A DNA stretch of 51,895 nucleotides, taken from positions 1 through 51,895 of the forward strand of contig JAKQJL010000041.1 of assembly GCA_029561175.1 (NCBI GenBank), given 5' to 3'. This DNA comes from a bacterium. GTDB lineage: Bacteria; Patescibacteriota; Microgenomatia; UBA12405. Under the pieces are notes generated by a model. That model was not told the origin of the DNA. It was given only the letters and a program-made list of their open reading frames with translations, and ran no database searches. The position numbers and the translations under genes are program-made. Every line of letters starts with the position of its first letter. Positions within the stretch are counted from its first letter, which is position 1. Shown here in pieces: positions 45,331 to 51,895 of the stretch.

Positions 45331-45334
45331 CAGA

Positions 45335-45736
45335 CTACATTTGTTTAAAAAACCCGATTGTCATTGGGTGACAATTTTCTTTCAAAGCCTCGTCCTTGGT
45401 AAAAAATTTCAATTCTTGGCATTCATCTGATTTTGTAAAATCAAGATTTTCCAAAATTACCTTGTAAACCACCATTGCTTTCCAAATTCCATTTGAATCT
45501 TGCACTGTTACAAAAAATTTAGGCCGATTATCAATGTTATTTACGCTTAATCCCAATTCTTCTTTTAACTCCCGTTTTAAACAATCTATTGGGTTTTCTC
45601 CAAAATCTAACCCTCCTCCAGGAATCTCCCATTGTCCTTTTATATTTTTTGCTAACAACACTAACCCCGCTTCGTCCATCACCAATGCTTTAATACTCGT
45701 TCTATAAAAACAGTTTGGAATATCATTCATATTCAA
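45335..45736 (-). CDS. NUDIX hydrolase
   Basis: Nudix box GGGLDFGENPIDCLKRELKEELG. Confidence 0.92.
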   Translation of the reverse strand: MNMNDIPNCFYRTSIKALVMDEAGLVLLAKNIKGQWEIPGGGLDFGENPIDCLKRELKEELGLSVNNIDNRPKFFVTVQDSNGIWKAMVVYKVILENLDFTKSDECQELKFFTKDEALKENCHPMTIGFFKQM

Positions 45737-45879
45737 ATTTTATCATCTTACTATTGGTTATATTCCTTATTAGTAATTAGCCCAAGCGGGGGATACACTC
45801 CCACGCAGAATTTGGTATATTGATTTAAGTTCAGACATAAATTGGTTCCAATCTAGAACCCTGTAGTCCACACAACCAA

Positions 45880-46749
45880 TTAGTATTCCGGTGATCTTTT
45901 GGGCTTATTTTTACGACCTTCTTTTAATACACTAACAAATTGTTTTTCAGAATAGTTACCATACAAATCTACATCACCAAATCTAATCTGATTAACCTCG
46001 TCCCCATTACCAAACATTAAAACATCTGCTATCGATCTCTCTTTACCATCTATATTAACCATCGTAACTTCACACCAAGAACAACCACCACTATAAGTTT
46101 TTTTTGCAAACTGGATATACTTCAGCAAATCTTCGTTACTAACTCCAAAACGTACTTCTTGAGTTCTATCAGCAGATTCAATTAAATTACTACATTCAAA
46201 AAATACTCCTGAAGCAACTGATACTAAAACTCGAGCTTCATCTAAGGTTCCAACTTGTCCAGAGTTAACCAATTGTTCAGCTAAATTACATTCATAATTT
46301 CTATATCTTTTCATTTTTTCTTCAACATCTTTATCGATTCTTCCATCTGTCTGTTTTAATCTCAATTGAATTCCATTAGTTCTTTCAGGATCAACTTCAC
46401 AAAATTCCCTTACCATAAGTGCAGCTACACTCATTAAAGGATAATTTTCTGTAACTTTATCAACATCCAATCCATTAACATCATCATCGATATAATAATT
46501 TTTATGGAAATTTAGTTCCACTGACCCCGCATACATCTTTCTAACAGCTACAGTATTAACTCTCAATGCCGTACCCACCAAACTACACCACCTGTCATAA
46601 TCAACACCTTCAGGAGGAACACGAACATTATCTTCAAATGATAAACCAGAAGACTTTCTGTGATCAAGGGAATCACAAAATTGTCTTCTTGAATCACTAT
46701 AAATATCACGAGCAATATTTTGTAAATTATCTTTAGTCATAGTTAACAA
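45880..46749 (-). CDS. Hypothetical protein, possibly frameshift-truncated
   Basis: 289-aa ORF; a -1 frame continues to 45770. Confidence 0.65.
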   Translation of the reverse strand: MLTMTKDNLQNIARDIYSDSRRQFCDSLDHRKSSGLSFEDNVRVPPEGVDYDRWCSLVGTALRVNTVAVRKMYAGSVELNFHKNYYIDDDVNGLDVDKVTENYPLMSVAALMVREFCEVDPERTNGIQLRLKQTDGRIDKDVEEKMKRYRNYECNLAEQLVNSGQVGTLDEARVLVSVASGVFFECSNLIESADRTQEVRFGVSNEDLLKYIQFAKKTYSGGCSWCEVTMVNIDGKERSIADVLMFGNGDEVNQIRFGDVDLYGNYSEKQFVSVLKEGRKNKPKRSPEY

Positions 46750-46823
46750 TAATATAACATAGTAATTATCAATGTATTTTTAATTTTTGTTTGAATTTTT
46801 GGTAAATTATCTATAATTTAAAA

Positions 46824-47264
46824 CTAAAACAATTCTTCCACTTGTTTGACTATTTCCAAATCGTTGGTGTTTAAAGTTAATGCCCGCCAAACAACTTGAT
46901 CATCAATTTTTTTGTACCAAGTTATTTCTTTTGAATCTTTTTTAGTAAATTTACATTCATCTTCTTTTTCTTCCATTAAATAATCTTTATTCAACTGACG
47001 CATTCTAAAGCCCACCACCTCATCCCAACTCCCTTTCCAGTCAGTTTTATTAATCATCAATCGATAAGAGGAATTAGGGCCGTTAAACTCTAATCCTTTA
47101 GCATCTTTATTGTTTATCCAATTATTTGGAATTTCAATTTTTACCATCTCGTCTTTTTTTTCTTCAACAATCTCTTTCGTTATTATTTTTCCTTTCGAAG
47201 GAGTTTTACTCCACCACCAAAATCCAATTAAAAAAATTACCAAAATACTAATTATTTTTTTCAC
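46824..47264 (-). CDS. Membrane-anchored hypothetical protein
   Basis: N-terminal TM; GTGA overlap with the upstream gene. Confidence 0.7.
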   Translation of the reverse strand: MKKIISILVIFLIGFWWWSKTPSKGKIITKEIVEEKKDEMVKIEIPNNWINNKDAKGLEFNGPNSSYRLMINKTDWKGSWDEVVGFRMRQLNKDYLMEEKEDECKFTKKDSKEITWYKKIDDQVVWRALTLNTNDLEIVKQVEELF

Positions 47265-47911
47265 TGTTTATCTTTACCTACTATGACCACCACATCACCA
47301 CCAAAATCCTTTTCACCTTCGGGTAAATTTACTACTTTAGCTCCAATTGTTTTTGCTAATTCATCCGCTTTTGTTTTGGCCTGATTATTAACAGCGATCA
47401 CCACAGTTTGTAAATAATCTTTTTTAGTCGCCGTTTCTTTTTTAGTTACTTCTAAACCAATTACTTTACCAGCAATTTCTTTTTCAAATCTAGCCGCCAC
47501 TCCACTAGTATCAGTACCGTTTAAAATTACCAATTTAAAATTTGTTAAAACTACCGGTGATTGCTCACTTTGGTTTTGAGTTGCTTGAACCGAAGCCACT
47601 TCGACAATTATTTTTTTCGATGGTCGATACAAAATTGCTTTTGAAGCTAAAGGAAAAATCAATAACTTATCGCCATTTTGACAATTCATAAAAAATCTCT
47701 GGCTAACTAATTTTTCTTTATCGGTTACTGTCGCTAAAGTTGGTTGTTCTTCTGGAAGCATCATAATTTTTCCAATTTCGGTTACCAATCTTTTAATTTC
47801 TTTTTCTTCTTTATTACCTGAAACTTGTTGATATTGCCAATAAAAATATCCTGCCATCACCAAGGCTGCTGTTAATATTAAAAAGAAAATTATTCTTCCT
47901 ACAATTTTCAT
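47261..47911 (-). CDS. Membrane-anchored LytR C-terminal domain protein
   Basis: LVILNGTDTSGVAARF...DVVVIVGKD. Confidence 0.8.
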   Translation of the reverse strand: MKIVGRIIFFLILTAALVMAGYFYWQYQQVSGNKEEKEIKRLVTEIGKIMMLPEEQPTLATVTDKEKLVSQRFFMNCQNGDKLLIFPLASKAILYRPSKKIIVEVASVQATQNQSEQSPVVLTNFKLVILNGTDTSGVAARFEKEIAGKVIGLEVTKKETATKKDYLQTVVIAVNNQAKTKADELAKTIGAKVVNLPEGEKDFGGDVVVIVGKDKQ

Positions 47912-50900
47912 ATTTCCATTTTAGCACTTTCTGTTGATTCTACCGTTGAGGGCAGGGGAGTTATTTCAATTGTTGGTACCAAAGTTGGGGACGGCGTTTC
48001 AGTTGGCATTAAAGTTGGTGTCGGTGTTGGATTCTGATATGTCTTTGGTTCTTTAACCGATAAAGCTGACCACGAGAATTTTAGTTTACTACTAATTGGC
48101 CGATTAAGTTTAATAGTAAAACCATTAGGATTTTGTTTGGTTACATAGTATCTAAAATCGCCATCTAAAACACTTCCTTCAGTATCATCCTCCACCATTA
48201 AACTAACGTTTACCACCGGAGCCACTTTAAATTCTTTTTCAAATTTCACTTCGATACTAGTTTCACCCACTTCTAAAATAGCAAACCCAGCCATTTCTTT
48301 GCTAAACATTGGAATACTTTCAAATTCAGTTTCACCTTTAAATAAAACTTTACCCCAAAATTCAGTCAATGCTTTTAACAAGCTATTTTCAGTTTTTGGT
48401 GTTGGAGTAACCATTTGAGTCGACTCACTCGACTCTTTGTCTTCAACAACTTGAGCCATCTTTTCCTCTAAACTTCCAATTTTATTGGTCCAAATTTCGA
48501 TACCTTCAATTTGTTTGGCTTTAATTTTATTAGCCAAAATAGTATCTGCCACCAATTCACCCGTAACCACTTGATCAGAAAATAATTGTGATGTGTTTTG
48601 GTTACTCGAATTATTTTTATAATCAGCTAAAAATTCTAAAATTTGTTCTTTGTTAGTAATTGTTTTTCCCATCGCTTCTTCGATAGGTACTCCCATATAA
48701 TCGGTTAAATTAACAAACATCATCACCATACCACATTTAGCCTGAGTATTACCAAATTCAGAAGTCGGACAAGCAATTAAATTATTTTCATCAATTGACT
48801 CCAAAGCTTTTCCAATCACTCTACCCATTTTTGTAGCTTTCATGGCTGTTCCTGGAATCGATCCTGAAGTTAATCGATCTCCAGTTCTAATTATCCCGTT
48901 TTCAGTACTTACCTTAACTGGCACTCTTCCTACCAAGGCTACTGGGTAAGAATTTTTAGTGGCATAACCAGCCACAAAACCTGGATCAGAAGAAACCACT
49001 CCCACCAAATCTGGTTGATACTGATATTTAGTCCGCTTAACCCCATGATTATTACTCGGATCAATTGCCACCACCTCACCTTTAGCCAATTCATCGGAAG
49101 AAGTATAATTTTCCGCCAAATCAGCCCCACCGCTATTAATCACTCCGTTTCCAGATGTATAAACATTACCATTTGAGCTAACTCTAAATACCGACATTCC
49201 GTCAGCTTTTAAATCCATTAGAGTCACATCTTTGGTAACGCTGTATTCATTAAGTGTTGGTTTTGAAAACTGTCTTAAACTATAGCCATTAACAGATCCT
49301 GAATTAACCCAATTGTCTGCTAAAACTCCACCGTTAGCCGGGAAAAATCTTCTGAAATTGAAATTAATACCCAACCATTTTTCACCACTAGAACCACCAA
49401 TCAACATTCCCGGACTGGTAATTTCTCGAACACTAGCCGATTGTAAACCCTCTTTGGTAGTTGAAGTTTTTACTTCAGCCGAAATCCCTGAATAATTCGG
49501 GCTCGCTTTCCAAGTTAAGGTTGAATTACTATCTAAATCTGGAACATAAAGTGCTTCCGATTTATACATACCCTTATCAATCCACAAAGCATCAGTAATA
49601 TTCACCACTGTTGAGGCATTTCCGATAACGGTAATATATTTACCATCATCTCGCTGAAACGATAATGATCCTGCTGCCACGTTAGCAGTTGTAGTTGGCC
49701 CCGTCACCATCGTACCTCCCAATCCAATATCAGCTGTCCAGGCATTTGCCTTTTCTTTATAAATGCTACTAGTAGCCACACCTCCCCCATGAACTATTAA
49801 CCAAGTTCCATCTCCTCGTTGCATTGCATGTGCTCCAGAGCCAGCCGAGGCTGTTAATACTGGACCAGCCAAAACCCTATTTGCTTCTGGACTATACAAC
49901 ATAGTTATTGTTGAAGCTGCACAAGCCGAACTAGCACCAGTTCCAGCGCTTGATCCTGCTCCTAAAACTACCAACCAATTACCATCAACCCGAGGAATTG
50001 CCATCGATCCCAAACCAATTCCTCGCCCAGCAGTAGCTGAAATATTTGGCGCCGTCGACGACACACTCATCGTATATGGATTAAATAAATTAGATCCCAA
50101 ACTTGGAGCCGAACAAGTTTCGTTGGTTGTTCCCATGGCCATTAAAAAGGTTCCATCAGCTCTGGGTATATACAACGCCCCCATTCCAATTGGCGACTTC
50201 GATTCCGGACCAGCAATTACTGTGTTAGCAAACGGATCATAAATTGTTGAAGTATTGGTATAATTTCCATGCCAAATCAACACTCTCCCGTTAGGTAACG
50301 ACATTACCATTGAACCTCGCCCCACATTTCCAATTAGACCCGGACCATTACTAAAAGTATTTAAAACTGGATCATAAATATTTGTTGCCGAACTACCATC
50401 TCCTAAAACTATCAAAAACTTACCATCTGGTCTTTTAAAAGACTGGGCTCCAATTCCTAATTTAGCAGTTGGATTAACAGTATTTAGCGATGAAGTCTGG
50501 CTAGCTTGATCATAAACCAAAGAGTAGGGGAGTGTTTGCCCAATTGCTAAAGTATAATTTCCATTTGGTCTTTTCATCGCTATTACCGTTTGCGAAGGAG
50601 CAATATTTAAAGTTTTATGTCTAACAAAACTACCCAATAACACAGTGTTATTTACTGGTGCCAAAGCTCCATAATCCACCGATGTCATTAGCGACAATCC
50701 TAAGTTTTTATCGGTATCATTAACTAAATTTACTTGAACCGGGCCCGATTCATCAGTACTGCCTCCAAAATCAAATTTAGTTTTATGAACCGCCGCTGAA
50801 TTATCAATCGTAAAATCATACAAAGCCGGATCACGATTACTTCTTCGATAACGAGTTTGATTTGCCTTTCTAATTCCCCAGTCCTGGTCCAAAAATGCCG

Positions 50901-51895
50901 GTAAATCACGTTTCATTCCCACTTTTACTTGAACCCAAGTTTCTGAAGTCGACCCTAAACCAATATTATCACCACTTCTTAATATTTGTTTATAACTAGC
51001 CGTACTCAAACTAACCGGATCAGTACCGCTTCGAAGATACATATCCACTTTTCCTTCACTATTTGAATTCCATATTAACGAGCTACTTAAACTTAATTTT
51101 GATCCACCATTAATTGGTTCTGACTCATAAAAAGCTGTTGTTGATGACGCTGGTTGAGTAACTCCACCACCAATTACAAAACCCATGTCGTAGCTATCAA
51201 CCGCCGTTGTTCCACCACCCCTAACTAAGTAATATTTTCCATCAGGACCCATAAACATGGTCATTCCCGAACCTGGAGTTGCTGGTAAAGTTGGTCCCAC
51301 CGAAAACATTGTTTGCCCTGTCCCCACCGACACATCAACAATATTTGTCCCAGTTGAACCAGAACCCAATAACAATAAATACTTACCATCTTGACGCCAA
51401 ACAGCTTGAGCTCCGTCAGTCAAATTTGCCGTTGGACCCATTCCTGCTCCACTATTTACTGAAAATGCTCCATAATTACCATTATTTGGATCGTAAAAGT
51501 AAGACTGATTAACCTGACCATTAATTACCAAGTATTTTCCTAGCTGAGTTCTAATTGACAAAGCCCCAGCTGTCAATGAAGGTCCAACTCCTAAAGCACT
51601 TGGATTTAACAACAAGCTTCCAGCACCACTTGCTCCAACGTTGTAAATCATCATATCAGTCCCACCTACACCCCTAAAGACCAAATAAGACATATCATCT
51701 CTCATCAATGCATGCGAGCCAGCACTAAAAGAAACTCCTATCGAAGCTCCTGCTAAATAAATTCCAGTAGTACCCACACTACTGTCATACAACCCCCAGT
51801 TTGAAGTATTACCACAAAATACAGCATATCTCCCGTCTGGTCTTTGAATTGCATTTGTTCCCGCCCCAACTGCAATTGTCGCTCCACCGCAAACT
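47908..51895 (-). CDS. Giant surface protein (5' part outside the window): Kelch-like propellers plus peptidase G2-like autocleavage domain
   Basis: Frame stays open past 51792 to the window end (QRPDGRYAVF); repeats GxG..RxDGxxL..G..YDP; ADLAE...VGVVS...GRVPVKV. Confidence 0.85.
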   Translation of the reverse strand, partial: VCGGATIAVGAGTNAIQRPDGRYAVFCGNTSNWGLYDSSVGTTGIYLAGASIGVSFSAGSHALMRDDMSYLVFRGVGGTDMMIYNVGASGAGSLLLNPSALGVGPSLTAGALSIRTQLGKYLVINGQVNQSYFYDPNNGNYGAFSVNSGAGMGPTANLTDGAQAVWRQDGKYLLLLGSGSTGTNIVDVSVGTGQTMFSVGPTLPATPGSGMTMFMGPDGKYYLVRGGGTTAVDSYDMGFVIGGGVTQPASSTTAFYESEPINGGSKLSLSSSLIWNSNSEGKVDMYLRSGTDPVSLSTASYKQILRSGDNIGLGSTSETWVQVKVGMKRDLPAFLDQDWGIRKANQTRYRRSNRDPALYDFTIDNSAAVHKTKFDFGGSTDESGPVQVNLVNDTDKNLGLSLMTSVDYGALAPVNNTVLLGSFVRHKTLNIAPSQTVIAMKRPNGNYTLAIGQTLPYSLVYDQASQTSSLNTVNPTAKLGIGAQSFKRPDGKFLIVLGDGSSATNIYDPVLNTFSNGPGLIGNVGRGSMVMSLPNGRVLIWHGNYTNTSTIYDPFANTVIAGPESKSPIGMGALYIPRADGTFLMAMGTTNETCSAPSLGSNLFNPYTMSVSSTAPNISATAGRGIGLGSMAIPRVDGNWLVVLGAGSSAGTGASSACAASTITMLYSPEANRVLAGPVLTASAGSGAHAMQRGDGTWLIVHGGGVATSSIYKEKANAWTADIGLGGTMVTGPTTTANVAAGSLSFQRDDGKYITVIGNASTVVNITDALWIDKGMYKSEALYVPDLDSNSTLTWKASPNYSGISAEVKTSTTKEGLQSASVREITSPGMLIGGSSGEKWLGINFNFRRFFPANGGVLADNWVNSGSVNGYSLRQFSKPTLNEYSVTKDVTLMDLKADGMSVFRVSSNGNVYTSGNGVINSGGADLAENYTSSDELAKGEVVAIDPSNNHGVKRTKYQYQPDLVGVVSSDPGFVAGYATKNSYPVALVGRVPVKVSTENGIIRTGDRLTSGSIPGTAMKATKMGRVIGKALESIDENNLIACPTSEFGNTQAKCGMVMMFVNLTDYMGVPIEEAMGKTITNKEQILEFLADYKNNSSNQNTSQLFSDQVVTGELVADTILANKIKAKQIEGIEIWTNKIGSLEEKMAQVVEDKESSESTQMVTPTPKTENSLLKALTEFWGKVLFKGETEFESIPMFSKEMAGFAILEVGETSIEVKFEKEFKVAPVVNVSLMVEDDTEGSVLDGDFRYYVTKQNPNGFTIKLNRPISSKLKFSWSALSVKEPKTYQNPTPTPTLMPTETPSPTLVPTIEITPLPSTVESTESAKMEI

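Noticed and set aside
45101..45331. Minus-strand 76-aa ORF
   Set aside because: Antisense to pth and tRNA-Ala.
45775..45815. CCCAAGC...GCAG segment resembling a twister ribozyme or other ncRNA
   Set aside because: No upstream CUGC partner or P1 stem; better explained as frameshifted coding sequence.
1..51895. CRISPR array, prophage, IS, rRNA, or recoded TGA (code 25)
   Set aside because: No regularly spaced repeats or hallmark genes; TGA ends rpmF, pilM and nfeD at expected positions.

Overview
AT-rich bacterial chromosome segment, genetic code 11 (TGA is used as a stop). Its gene content suggests Patescibacteria/CPR, probably a Microgenomates-type lineage (inference): FKBP-less trigger factor, short PheT, PilQ-less type IV pilus locus with a tandem pilin array, giant surface protein and a DRG GTPase. 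It holds 15 tRNA genes, tetR-yhgE/pip with a clear operator, nfeD-SPFH-tgt-mtaB, a glycoside hydrolase, efp, tig, thrS-infC-rpmI-rplT-pheS-pheT, a class A PBP, recG-rpmF-nusB-rnc-rpsP-khpA, a ~12.7 kb type IV pilus cluster, holB-like, fic-ligA-pth and the 3' part of a giant beta-propeller protein with a phage-tailspike-like self-cleavage domain. No CRISPR, integrase, transposase or reverse transcriptase was seen. Most notable: (1) an unannotated ~48-nt small RNA gene with its own near-consensus promoter and terminator, showing an anti-Shine-Dalgarno-like CUCCUCU in a region of leaderless-looking genes; (2) short GC-rich palindromic elements, one in-frame inside pheS and a sister copy overlapping tRNA-Pro; (3) 7-bp-periodic tracts inside core genes; (4) remodelled substrate pockets in PheS and Tgt; (5) C55 instead of U55 in 5 of 15 tRNAs; (6) an archaeal/eukaryote-type DRG GTPase.
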